A stretch of DNA of 44,797 bases from Tolypothrix carrinoi HA7290-LM1 (GCA_019358935.1 JAHHIK010000068.1:1-44797); one strand, 5' to 3'; positions 30,109 through 39,538 are shown, numbered from the stretch's first letter. Notes: generated from the letters alone by a model not told the origin. Made by a program: numbers and translations.

Positions 30109-30296
30109 AGCCTCAAACTTTCTCCCCCTCCCCCCCTCAACGAGAAAATTAAAAGCTTCACAGCTTTGTGAAGAGCGTTCTAACCAGAAAAAAGCTGTGA
30201 CGATGCAATAATTCTTAATTTACCCTAGCAAAATGTTGCGAATCTTGATTTAATTGATAGACTTGTAGCTTGTTAGCACAAGACAGATAGCGCCTT

Positions 30297-33200
30297 ATGG
30301 TGCATATCAAGCGCGTTGAACTTACCAATTTTAAATCCTTCGGCGGTACTACTTCTGTCCCTTTACTGCCGGAGTTTACTGTCATTTCTGGTCCAAATGG
30401 CTCCGGAAAGTCTAATATCCTAGACGCGCTGCTATTTTGCCTCGGACTTGCGAGTTCTAAGGGAATGCGAGCCGATCGCCTTCCGGATTTGGTAAATAAT
30501 ACTCAAACGGGTAAAGGACGTTCTACTGTTGAAGCTAGTGTGACGGTGACGTTTGATTTGGGGGATGAGGATTTCTCACGCAAAGACGCTAAGACGCAAA
30601 GTGAGGAAGGGGGAGAAGAAGAAAATCCAGAATCGGAGGATGTCTCACGCAAAGACGCTAAGACGCAAAGTAAGGAAGATGGAGAAGAAGAAAATCCAAA
30701 ATCCAAAATCGAAAATCCAAAATTGCAGGATTGGAGTGTGACGCGCAGGTTAAGGGTTACTCACCAAGGTACTTATACGTCGAATTACTACATTAATGGT
30801 GAAGCTTGTACGCTGACGGAGTTACATGAGCAATTAAACGACTTGCGGATTTATCCTGAAGGTTATAATGTGGTGCTGCAAGGCGATGTTACCAGCATTA
30901 TCTCGATGAATGCGCGAGAGCGACGGGAAATTATTGATGAATTGGCTGGGGTAGCGTCGTTCGATCGCAAGATTAATCAAGCCAAAGGTACTTTAGACGA
31001 AGTTAAGGATAAAGAAGATAGTTGTCGAATTGTGGAGACGGAGTTAACTTCACAGCGCGATCGCCTTTCTCAAGATCGTGCGAAAGCAGAAAAATATCAA
31101 AAGCTTCGCACGGAATTTATCGAAAAGCAATCTTGGGAAGCTGTGTTATCATGGCGTACTCTACAAGCACAACAGGAAAGGTTGGCGAATCAAATTCAAG
31201 CAGGCGATCGCACTTCCACAGAAATCTCTTCTCAATTAACAACGCTTGCTTCTCAAATCGCTCAAAAAACTGTTGAATTAGATGAACTTAATCGACTTGT
31301 AAAGGCGTTGGGAGAAGAGGAAGTTCTAGCAGTACAATCTACTTTGGCGACTCAAGAAGCTGAAAGAAAGCAACTTAAACGTCAACAAAGTGAGTTGGAA
31401 GCTGCTTTTCAAGAAACGCTTAAGCGTCTGGAACAACAATCGCAAGAGGTTCAACAATATCGAGTTTCTTTGGGGGAATTCGCAGGACAAGAAAATCAGG
31501 GGACGCAATTAATTGCGTCACTACGGGAAGAAAGAGATGAAGCGCGGCAATGTTTGGAAAATTCTCGTGAAGCTGCTGCTCTAATTGCTTCTGCTAGTGA
31601 AGCTTGGGTACAGCAACAAACTGCGTTAAACCGTCAAATTGAGACTTTGCTACAATCTTTGGAACCGCAACGTACTGAACAAGCGCAACTTAGAGAACGC
31701 AATAATCAATTACAAGAACTAATTCAAGAACAAAGTCTGTTAATTGAACGCGATGAACCGAACTTAGCAGAAAAGCAAGCTGAATGTACGCGACTCGAAG
31801 CAGAATTTAATGCTTCTAGCGAACCGATTCAAAATTTAGCGCAAACTTTAACTGCTACAGATCAAGAATTGCAAATTCAACAAGAAACGCAAAAGCGGTT
31901 ACTTTCTGAACAACGTGAAAAACAACGTTCTTTAGATAAGTTAGAAGCACAAGCTGCCGCACAGCAAGAAGTACAAGGAACTCAAGCAAGTAAAGTTATT
32001 TTACAATCGGGAATGCCGGGAGTATGCGGGTTAGTTGTACAGTTAGGAAAAGTGGAACCGCGCTATCAACTCGCTTTAGAAATTTGTGCTGGTGGACGTT
32101 TGGGACATATTGTGGTAGAAGATGATAGCATCGCCGCAGCCGGAATTGAACTGTTAAAACAAAAGCGTGCGGGAAGAGCGACTTTTTTACCGTTAAATAA
32201 AATTAATGCATCTAAATATGTTCAAGATGCAACGCTGCGTTATGCGAACGGGTTTGTCGATTATGCGGTGAATTTGGTGGAGTGCGATCGCCGTTATCGC
32301 GATATATTCAATTACGTTTTTGGTAATACGGTCGTCTTTGATTCGATTGAGCAAGCACGCAAGCAGTTAGGATTATACCGCATCGTCACCTTACAAGGCG
32401 AATTGTTGGAAACTAGCGGTGCGATGACTGGGGGAAGTAACACGCAGCGATCGGCGTTACGATTTGGTACGGTGGAAGCAGCAGAATCTGATGAAGTCAT
32501 TGCTTTGAAAAATCGCTTAAATGAAATTGAGCGCGTTTTAGAACGTTGTGGTGAAGCAATAAATACTCTCTCAGCTAGGAGTAAAAGACTTTCGCAAGAG
32601 GTGACAGAAGCACGTCAAGCGAAAAGAGAACAACAACTGCAATTAGAGCAGTTACAAAAAGAAATAAAAACTTTGACCATACAATTAGAAGGAACGCGAT
32701 CGCACCTTGACCAAAACAGCGAAAAGTTAACTGTTGCTCAAAGTCGTTTGGAAGTTTTAGATCGGGAATTACCAGGGCAAGAACATCAACTGCAACAATT
32801 GCGACAAGCTTTATCTGAGTTGGAAGCGTCGCAAACTCCGAGCGAATGGCAAGAAATTCAGGCGACGATAAAAACTCAAGAGCAACAATTGCAACAACGC
32901 GAAACAGCCTTAAGAGAAGCCGAACAAAGATTAAAAAATCTCGAAAATCAGCAGCAGCGTTTGCAAGAGAAAATTGAATCAGGAGAACAGCGAATAAGCG
33001 AGTATCAACAAGAACAAATAAACCAGCAAAATCGCTTAAGCGAAATCATAACTTTAGCTGAAGCATCCAGCACGCAAATAAAAGAGACTCGCGCTAAATT
33101 GAGTGAACTAGAAGCGAATTTAGGACAAGAGAAACAAAAACGCGATCGCGCAGAACAAGAATTGCGTGAGTCCTTACTGCGTCAGCAACAATTACAATGG

Positions 33201-33986
33201 GAGCTGGAAAAACTACAAGAAACTCAACAAACGCGACGGGAGGAATTAGCATCAGTTAGAGAGCAACTGCAAATTGTAGCAGCAGAATTGCCTAGCCCTT
33301 TACCAGAAGTACCCGATAAAGTAGACTTAGAAGAATTGCAGAAAGAATTGCGATCGCTTGCCAAACGCCTACAAGCGATGGAACCAGTGAATATGCTTGC
33401 GCTGGAAGAATACGAACGCACTTCAAACCGTCTTCAGGAACTTACAGAAAAGTTACAAACATTAGAAGGTGAACGCACCGAATTACTTTTGCGGATAGAA
33501 AATTTTACCACATTGCGGCAACGCGCTTTTAGAGAAGCCTTCGACGCGGTGAATGAAAACTTTCAATCAATATTTGCTACGCTTTCTGAAGGTGACGGCT
33601 ACCTGCAACTTGAAGATCCCGAAGATCCATTTAGCAGCGGATTGAATTTAGTCGCACATCCCAAAGGTAAACCGGTACAGCGATTAGCTTCGATGTCTGG
33701 GGGAGAAAAATCCTTGACAGCGTTGAGCTTTATTTTTGCCCTGCAACGCTACCGCCCATCACCATTTTACGCCTTTGACGAAGTAGATATGTTTCTAGAC
33801 GGATCAAACGTAGAACGATTAGCTAAAATGATTAAGCAACAGGCGCAACAAGCACAATTTATAGTTGTTAGTTTGCGGCGTCCGATGATAGAATCAGCCG
33901 AACGCACAATTGGCGTTACTCAAGCACGAGGAGCTTACACCCAGGTTTTAGGCATTAAGTTGCCATCAGACCATACATCGGCTTGA
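30297..33986 (+). CDS. smc: Chromosome segregation protein SMC
   Basis: NFKSF, Walker A GPNGSGKSN, coiled coils, hinge (GRATFLPL), signature MSGGEKS and Walker B FDEVD. Confidence 0.98.
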   Translation: MVHIKRVELTNFKSFGGTTSVPLLPEFTVISGPNGSGKSNILDALLFCLGLASSKGMRADRLPDLVNNTQTGKGRSTVEASVTVTFDLGDEDFSRKDAKTQSEEGGEEENPESEDVSRKDAKTQSKEDGEEENPKSKIENPKLQDWSVTRRLRVTHQGTYTSNYYINGEACTLTELHEQLNDLRIYPEGYNVVLQGDVTSIISMNARERREIIDELAGVASFDRKINQAKGTLDEVKDKEDSCRIVETELTSQRDRLSQDRAKAEKYQKLRTEFIEKQSWEAVLSWRTLQAQQERLANQIQAGDRTSTEISSQLTTLASQIAQKTVELDELNRLVKALGEEEVLAVQSTLATQEAERKQLKRQQSELEAAFQETLKRLEQQSQEVQQYRVSLGEFAGQENQGTQLIASLREERDEARQCLENSREAAALIASASEAWVQQQTALNRQIETLLQSLEPQRTEQAQLRERNNQLQELIQEQSLLIERDEPNLAEKQAECTRLEAEFNASSEPIQNLAQTLTATDQELQIQQETQKRLLSEQREKQRSLDKLEAQAAAQQEVQGTQASKVILQSGMPGVCGLVVQLGKVEPRYQLALEICAGGRLGHIVVEDDSIAAAGIELLKQKRAGRATFLPLNKINASKYVQDATLRYANGFVDYAVNLVECDRRYRDIFNYVFGNTVVFDSIEQARKQLGLYRIVTLQGELLETSGAMTGGSNTQRSALRFGTVEAAESDEVIALKNRLNEIERVLERCGEAINTLSARSKRLSQEVTEARQAKREQQLQLEQLQKEIKTLTIQLEGTRSHLDQNSEKLTVAQSRLEVLDRELPGQEHQLQQLRQALSELEASQTPSEWQEIQATIKTQEQQLQQRETALREAEQRLKNLENQQQRLQEKIESGEQRISEYQQEQINQQNRLSEIITLAEASSTQIKETRAKLSELEANLGQEKQKRDRAEQELRESLLRQQQLQWELEKLQETQQTRREELASVREQLQIVAAELPSPLPEVPDKVDLEELQKELRSLAKRLQAMEPVNMLALEEYERTSNRLQELTEKLQTLEGERTELLLRIENFTTLRQRAFREAFDAVNENFQSIFATLSEGDGYLQLEDPEDPFSSGLNLVAHPKGKPVQRLASMSGGEKSLTALSFIFALQRYRPSPFYAFDEVDMFLDGSNVERLAKMIKQQAQQAQFIVVSLRRPMIESAERTIGVTQARGAYTQVLGIKLPSDHTSA

Positions 33987-34045
33987 TTTTTTGTTAATAA
34001 TAGTGTATATATTAACCGGATTCGAGATCGGGACTCGGCAAGCGA

Positions 34046-35032
34046 ATGACCTCTGAACAAATAATTAGACGCTCTGATATTTTAAACACCCAGGTAATCA
34101 CCCGCGACAACGCCAAACGGCTAGGAATCGTCAGTCAAGTTTGGGTAGATATAGACCAAAGAGAGGTTGTGGCTCTTAGTTTGCGAGATAGCCTGATCTC
34201 TGTTTCGGGTATTCCGCGCTACATGTACCTCAACAGCATCAGTCAGTTTGGCGATGCCATCCTAGTTGACAACGAGGATGTAATCGAAGATGTAGAAGTT
34301 GATCTTTACAGCAACCTGGTTAACTGGGAAGTAATAACAGAAACCGGCGAAGTATTAGGTAGAGTGCGGGGCTTCAAATTCAACGGCGAAACAGGTAAAA
34401 TTTACTCAATCGTCATCGCTTCTTTGGGATTACCACAAATTCCCGATCAATTCCTCAGCACCTACGAATTGCCAGTTGAAGAAATTGTCAGCACCGGTCC
34501 CAACAGATTGATTGTCTTTGAAGGTGCTGAAGAAAGAGTAAATCAATTATCAGTCGGTTTGCTTGAACGTCTCGGTATCGGCAAAGCACCGTGGGAACGC
34601 GACGCAGACGAAGCTTATGATTATCAGCCTCGCGCAGTCACACCAGACAAACAACTGCCCAGCGGAGTACCATTGCAGCCACCCAAGCCAAAAGTTCGCA
34701 CACCCGAACCGATAGCGGAAGAATGGAACGAAGACTATATTGAGGAAGAAGTCCCCGTGCGTCGTGCTGTGGAAGCGCGGCAGTATGAGTCAATTCAGTA
34801 CGAAGAAGACGACGAAGAAGACAACTGGAGCGAAGCGACCGGCAAAGACAAATATCAAAAACCGATTAGTTACGAAGCCAAACCCGTCAACAACAAACCA
34901 CGCACCGACGACTACGACGATTACGACGACGATTTAGACAGCGACGCTTGGGATGATGCACCAAAGCCGATAAATATTCCCAAGAAAGTTAAAGAAAGAC
35001 AGCCAGAATACGAAGAAGAAGGCGGATATTAA
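34046..35032 (+). CDS. PRC-barrel domain protein with acidic C-terminal tail
   Basis: Two PRC-barrel-like units (QVITRDNAKRLG; EVITETGEVLGRV); usual smc neighbour in cyanobacteria. Confidence 0.85.
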   Translation: MTSEQIIRRSDILNTQVITRDNAKRLGIVSQVWVDIDQREVVALSLRDSLISVSGIPRYMYLNSISQFGDAILVDNEDVIEDVEVDLYSNLVNWEVITETGEVLGRVRGFKFNGETGKIYSIVIASLGLPQIPDQFLSTYELPVEEIVSTGPNRLIVFEGAEERVNQLSVGLLERLGIGKAPWERDADEAYDYQPRAVTPDKQLPSGVPLQPPKPKVRTPEPIAEEWNEDYIEEEVPVRRAVEARQYESIQYEEDDEEDNWSEATGKDKYQKPISYEAKPVNNKPRTDDYDDYDDDLDSDAWDDAPKPINIPKKVKERQPEYEEEGGY

Positions 35033-35040
35033 GTTTTTTA

Positions 35041-35090
35041 TCGTTCCCAGGTGATGCAGCCTGGGAATGTTTTTTTAGAGGCTTTGCCTC
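35041..35090. terminator. Dispersed hairpin repeat (CGTTCCCAGG...CCTGGGAATG plus GAGGC-TTT-GCCTC) between convergent genes
   Basis: Stem followed by a T-run on +. Confidence 0.6.
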
Positions 35091-35092
35091 GG

Positions 35093-35680
35093 CTAGCGCT
35101 TCTTGTCAGTCAATTTGGATAGCTTGTTAGGTTTGAGTGCTGAAAGTGCGCCGATGCCGAGGACGAGTAAGCTAGGGATAGAGGTGGGTTCTGGGACGGT
35201 GATTATGGTTGCAGAAAAACGAATGGGTAACTCACTATCTTCCAATCCGAAATTTTCAAAACCTGGTATGATTGGCGGTGCAGAAAAAACCTCTAAATAA
35301 CCTGGTGTCGGCAAAAAACTAGCGAAAAATGGACTAGAATAGTTTCCTCCCGATGTGGAATACCCAAAACCGTCATTTGTTAACTGCTGAGTATTAAGAC
35401 TAATTAAATTGTCAACATTAAAAGGTTCGTTTCCCGGTATTGGAGTCCCGGCAAGTTGCAAACCAGTAATTGTTTCACCATTTCGTGTACCAGTAATTCC
35501 CAAAATTTGGTAAAAACCCAAATCGTTAGGGGTGTCATTAGTGGTGAAAGTACCGTTTGCCGCGATGCCAGTACCAGAATAATTCCAGTTCCAATTTAAA
35601 GCAGATGCGGCTTGCATTGTCCCAAAAACTAATCCAGATGTGGTGGCAAGCGCTGTGGCAGATAGTAGGGCTATTTTCAT
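35093..35680 (-). CDS. PEP-CTERM sorting-domain surface protein
   Basis: Signal peptide ending AASA; C-terminal VPEP, hydrophobic segment and basic tail. Confidence 0.85.
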   Translation of the reverse strand: MKIALLSATALATTSGLVFGTMQAASALNWNWNYSGTGIAANGTFTTNDTPNDLGFYQILGITGTRNGETITGLQLAGTPIPGNEPFNVDNLISLNTQQLTNDGFGYSTSGGNYSSPFFASFLPTPGYLEVFSAPPIIPGFENFGLEDSELPIRFSATIITVPEPTSIPSLLVLGIGALSALKPNKLSKLTDKKR

Positions 35681-35694
35681 GGGGGTCGAAGTGT

Positions 35695-35727
35695 GCGATG
35701 GGCTTTCGCCCCGCCGGAGGCGATCGC
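35695..35727 (+). repeat. Small dispersed repeat embedded in or regenerating a HIP1 site (SDR5-like context)
   Basis: GCGAT-GGGC-TTTC-GCCC-CGCCGGAG-GCGATCGC: a mini hairpin between a partial and a full HIP1. Confidence 0.55.
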
Positions 35728-35976
35728 GGTTTTTGTAGAGAGTTAGTGTGTATTATACGGAAATTCGGAAAGGTAGTATTATTTGTGCAAATTGTATGAA
35801 GGGGCGGGATTATAGTCATATAGTCCTGCTACCCGACGACGATGACCCCAGTGCGAGTGAGGAAGCGGAGTGGGTAAAATCATGCAGTCAGCAGAAGGTT
35901 GATACCCCGCCCCTTGTGGGGGGTCTTTGAACTCAGCATTCAGCACTCATCATTGATGCTATGCCCTTAGATTTGT

Positions 35977-35994
35977 CTTAACCGACCCGTATTG
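35977..35994 (-). mobile_element. Solo terminal inverted repeat-like sequence of a cyanobacterial MITE/IS (CAATACGGGTCGGTTAAG on -)
   Basis: Resembles the CAATACGGTTCxGTTAAG ends common in Nostocales (recalled, not searched). No partner end found. Confidence 0.4.
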
Positions 35995-36021
35995 TATTGT
36001 ATTGAAACGACACTTTAACTT

Positions 36022-36474
36022 TTACTTTTGGTATTGTAGTTGTCCATCAATGTTGGCGATATGCTCATCCAAATCAATAAATGCTGCAACATCTGTTTCC
36101 TCAGTTTGATTTTTACCTTTCGATAAATCGAAACATTTAGCATTAAGCACAGTGTTCCTTGATATAATATCATTTGATATAGCGAAGTCGTAGCATTCCA
36201 ATCCCAAGTTTTGTCTACCCCAAGATAAAAATCCACTGCCATCATTGCCGATATAGGGATTTAATTCGAGAGAGGCTTTCACATAGGAACCATCTTTTTT
36301 TTCGCAGATAGCTGATAGGGATGGTTGTCCCAGATCGTTACTGACGTTGACTTCTTCACAGGTGGTGCTAAATTGACCTACTGCCCATGCTTTGCCAGTT
36401 ACTAAATTCAGTGACAGACAAACAGCGAACAAAAAGGTAACTGTAATCTTCAAAAGTAGCGATAGCGTCTTCAT
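36022..36474 (-). CDS. Cyanovirin-N homology (CVNH) lectin with signal peptide
   Basis: GQFSTTC...SAICEKKDG...LNPYIGN.G.G.LSW...C...AKC...IDLDEHIANIDGQLQY aligns with cyanovirin-N (GKFSQTC...INLDDHIANIDGTLKY); all four Cys present. Confidence 0.92.
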   Translation of the reverse strand: MKTLSLLLKITVTFLFAVCLSLNLVTGKAWAVGQFSTTCEEVNVSNDLGQPSLSAICEKKDGSYVKASLELNPYIGNDGSGFLSWGRQNLGLECYDFAISNDIISRNTVLNAKCFDLSKGKNQTEETDVAAFIDLDEHIANIDGQLQYQK

Positions 36475-36783
36475 GTTTTTTAACCTCGCAAAATTTAGCT
36501 GAAAACGGGTGTGGGGTGTGATGAATATTTCCTTACACCCCAGAGCTTACAAAGAGTTTGTATAGAAAGCTTAGTATTTTAGTAGTAAAGATGCAAGGAC
36601 AGTTAAGACAGTTAAGTAAATATTTCAATGCAAATATTCATATATTCATAGGTGCAGAATGCAGCAGGGCAAACGCATCTAAATTTGCTTGACAAAATGT
36701 GATTGATGTGATTAAAAACAAAAAATCTATTGTTCTGCCAGAACTACCCGACTCCAAGGAGCGATCGCAGGCTTGAATATTTT

Positions 36784-36982
36784 AGCCTACGCAGGTAGGC
36801 TTTGTTTGTATAGCCGAGGCAGTGCGTTGCGGTGAGACCAGCGCTGCGGGAGGGGAGCCACTGCGTTGGGCGGCTTTGCCGACTTGAAGCATGTGGCGTT
36901 TTCCCTCGTGCCGGCAAGGCGCGAACCCGAAGGGAGGTGTCCTCCGTTGTAGCATCTGCCGTCCACGCTTCTAGCCTGAGGG
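36784..36982. mobile_element. Four-level nest of small dispersed elements
   Basis: A = 36784-36815 + 36963-36982; B = 36816-36832 + 36935-36962 (45 bp); C = 36833-36854 + 36900-36934; D = 36855-36899 (45 bp). Confidence 0.8.
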
Positions 36983-36999
36983 GTGAGGGGTGAGGGCAA

Positions 37000-38481
37000 T
37001 TAAAAGTTTAAAATATCCAAAGATTCCTCTATTTCTAACTCTAAAATTCTCTCCCGCGCATCTTTGTGTTCTGCTAACTTTCCCTCTTTCCAATATAAAT
37101 CTGTCGCTTTCTGAAAATCCTCAATTGCTAACAGCTTATCTCCTAAATCAGAACGAGCATTACCACGGTTGTAATAAGCATCGCCATAATTGTAATTAAT
37201 CTTAATTGCTTGCGTATAATCTTCAATTGCTCCGGCGCGATCGCCTAAATCAAAACGAGCATTTCCCCGGTTATAATAAGCATCCGCATCATCAGGATTA
37301 ATTTTAATTGCCTGCTCATAATGTTCTAACTCAGATTCATGATGAAAATTAATTTCTCTTGACTGAGTGAAAATATCAAGAACTCTCTGCTGAGAACGAC
37401 CACAATCAGGATTAATCTTAATTGCTTGAGTATAATCCTCAATCGCTCCCTGATTATCTCCTATGTGAAAACGAGCATCAGCACGATTTCTATAAGCAAC
37501 TGCATCAAAGGGATTAATTTTAATCGCTTGCGTGTAATCTGCAATTGCTTGTTCGTAATCTCCTAACTCATAACGAGCCAAACCAAGTTGATTGTAAGCT
37601 TTGGCGTATTTAGGATTAATTTTTATTGCTTGATTGTAGTCTTGAATCGCTTTCTCGTCATCGACTAAATAATAACGAGCTAAACCACGTTTATAATAAA
37701 CTTCAGCATCATGGGGATTAAATTGCAAGGCAGCGTTATAATTCTTAATAGCCGCTTCGTATTCTCTTTTTTCAAAGTATTCATCACCCTGTTTGACGTG
37801 AAGTTGAGTTAAATCTTCACTATATATATAATGTCGAAACTGACTTTTGTTTTGCTGCTTAGAGAAATGATGATTTTCACCAGATTGCAACTGTTCTAAA
37901 TAGCAATATAACCCACCACCATATAACAATTGCTCTATCCCAAATGAAATTCTACCAGTTTTCAGCTTAATCATCTGAGTGGGAAGAAAACCAGCGACAA
38001 AAAGGTGATATTCTGGTTGTGCTTCGTTGACTTCTTCTTGAATCAAAATACAGACGACGACGGCATTTTTTTCAACTTCTTCGGAACTAACTGACCATCT
38101 AACTCTCTCAATACTGCCGTGACGCGATTTTACTTCGATACCGATCGCGCGATCGCAACTCAAGGTAAAATCAATGTTACCATCACCACCGAATCGTTTT
38201 TCATAATCTACTTCGGTGATAAAATCGGCTAAACGTTCTTTGACTACTTCTTCACCCAGTTTTCCTTTCAGATTGTTAATAAAAACATCCCTAACTGGTG
38301 AAGTACGTTTATATTTTTCTGCCATTAACCAGCAGAAATCTCGTAGCGCTTTTAATCTTTCTCCAGAAATTATTGTCAATTCACTATATTGACCTTCGGT
38401 TTGACAATGCAGCAAACAACCGGATGACAACCTTTTGATAAAATCTGACTGTAGCGATCGCAGTAGGGTAATCCAGTCCAT
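37000..38481 (-). CDS. TPR-repeat protein with an N-terminal PD-(D/E)XK-like domain
   Basis: GKLGEEVV...GGDGNIDF...IEVKS, followed by about seven TPRs (AIEDYTQAIKINP). Confidence 0.85.
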   Translation of the reverse strand: MDWITLLRSLQSDFIKRLSSGCLLHCQTEGQYSELTIISGERLKALRDFCWLMAEKYKRTSPVRDVFINNLKGKLGEEVVKERLADFITEVDYEKRFGGDGNIDFTLSCDRAIGIEVKSRHGSIERVRWSVSSEEVEKNAVVVCILIQEEVNEAQPEYHLFVAGFLPTQMIKLKTGRISFGIEQLLYGGGLYCYLEQLQSGENHHFSKQQNKSQFRHYIYSEDLTQLHVKQGDEYFEKREYEAAIKNYNAALQFNPHDAEVYYKRGLARYYLVDDEKAIQDYNQAIKINPKYAKAYNQLGLARYELGDYEQAIADYTQAIKINPFDAVAYRNRADARFHIGDNQGAIEDYTQAIKINPDCGRSQQRVLDIFTQSREINFHHESELEHYEQAIKINPDDADAYYNRGNARFDLGDRAGAIEDYTQAIKINYNYGDAYYNRGNARSDLGDKLLAIEDFQKATDLYWKEGKLAEHKDARERILELEIEESLDILNF

Positions 38482-38577
38482 GCGTGATTTCTGCGATTTT
38501 TAATATTATTATCTTATTAAAATATCAAGTCTGCTTTCATTTTTCAATTAGCTTTGAGTAATTCTATTTTATTAAAC

Positions 38578-38745
38578 GAACCGCAGAGGCTCAGAGAGGA
38601 GGACACTTGCACAGGAAGGGTTTCCCGCGCCAGGTGCTACAACGGGGGGAACCCCACGCCAGTCGCCTCAACGGAGGGAACCTCCGCACAGCGCTGGCTT
38701 TGCAACGCACTGGCTTGACTTGAGCAATGTGTCCGTCGCAGAGAA
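38578..38745. mobile_element. Second four-level nest of small dispersed elements
   Basis: Host CGCAGAG repeat; B = 38599-38626 + 38717-38736 (48 bp, +); C = 38627-38655 + 38701-38716 (45 bp, -); D = 38656-38700 (45 bp, -). Confidence 0.8.
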
Positions 38746-38844
38746 AAGCTCATAAGTTGTCTTAGGTTAGCATATTAACAGAATTATTTAAAATAAAGTC
38801 GCAAAATTTAACTTTATAACAATAATAAAAAAACCGTCACCTTG

Positions 38845-38874
38845 GTAGAGACGTTCCAATGGAACGTCTCTACA
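38845..38874. repeat. REP-like palindrome GTAGAGACGTTCCAATGGAACGTCTCTAC
   Basis: Perfect stem with a GTAG foot, just downstream of the DUF355 pseudogene stop. Confidence 0.8.
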
Positions 38875-38881
38875 GATTATA

Positions 38882-39369
38882 TTACAATTTGTAACCAATT
38901 TGACGCAAAAAGTTATGACGCGCTTTGACTTCATCGGCATTTTCTACACCTCTGGGGGAAAATCCATCCACAACACCTAAAATCCCGCGTCCCTGTTCTG
39001 TTTGTGCGACAATCACTTCTACGGGATTTGCTATCGCACAATATATATTGCAGACTTGCGGACACTGCTTGATTGCATTCTTTGAAGTTAATTGGATACG
39101 CTTGTTTTGTGTAAAATTACGAAACTGTGTCCAAAGCGCGATCGCGCTATGCGTTGATATTTGCTATTTGTTGAAGATGGCGATCGTTACCCGCTAATCT
39201 AATCAAGCATAATTGAGATGCTTCACAAAAAGCAATGCCAAATTTAATGTAATGCGAACTTGCCACTATTATCTCATATAAATCTTCGATTGTTTTAATA
39301 AGCGTGGGTTTGACCAACAATAATGTTACTTCCCTCCGGAATTTCCATGACAACTGATTTTATTTTCAT
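38882..39369 (-). pseudogene. Adenosine-specific kinase (DUF355)-family pseudogene
   Basis: Pieces in different frames: MKIKSVVMEIPEGSNIIVGQTH / IKTIEDLYE..FGIAFCEAS..RLAGND / GHSFVI / AYPINF / [51 protein letters not shown]. Several frameshifts and an internal TAG. Confidence 0.85.
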
Positions 39370-39538
39370 ATAGTTTTTTGAAGATTTGTAAACACAGTTA
39401 TTCGATTTGTAAAACAATATTTATTAAACTATACTATCTTTCTAAGATGAATATTAATAGTAACTTTTGGAAAAGTTGCATTTTAATTAGTTTTGTCAAG
39501 AATTGTCATCTAAATTAACCATAACTCAAATTTATTTT

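Noticed and set aside
29866..30171. Metallothionein-like Cys/His-rich ORF (QCDCHPI)n and the other array ORFs
   Set aside because: A 21-bp unit without stops gives open frames automatically; weak GTG start and no independent coding evidence.
35820..35935. Possible attC-like or ncRNA element (GCGAGTGAGGAAGCGG; ACCCCGC..GTGGGGGGT hairpin)
   Set aside because: Single copy, no clear R/L boxes and no integrase; cannot be supported from sequence alone.
36787..36999. 70-aa ORF downstream of the TPR gene
   Set aside because: Lies wholly within the nested repeat elements.
38925..39353. ORFs 38925-39197 (+) and 39147-39353 (-) as genes
   Set aside because: Explained as the antisense shadow and one fragment of the DUF355 pseudogene.
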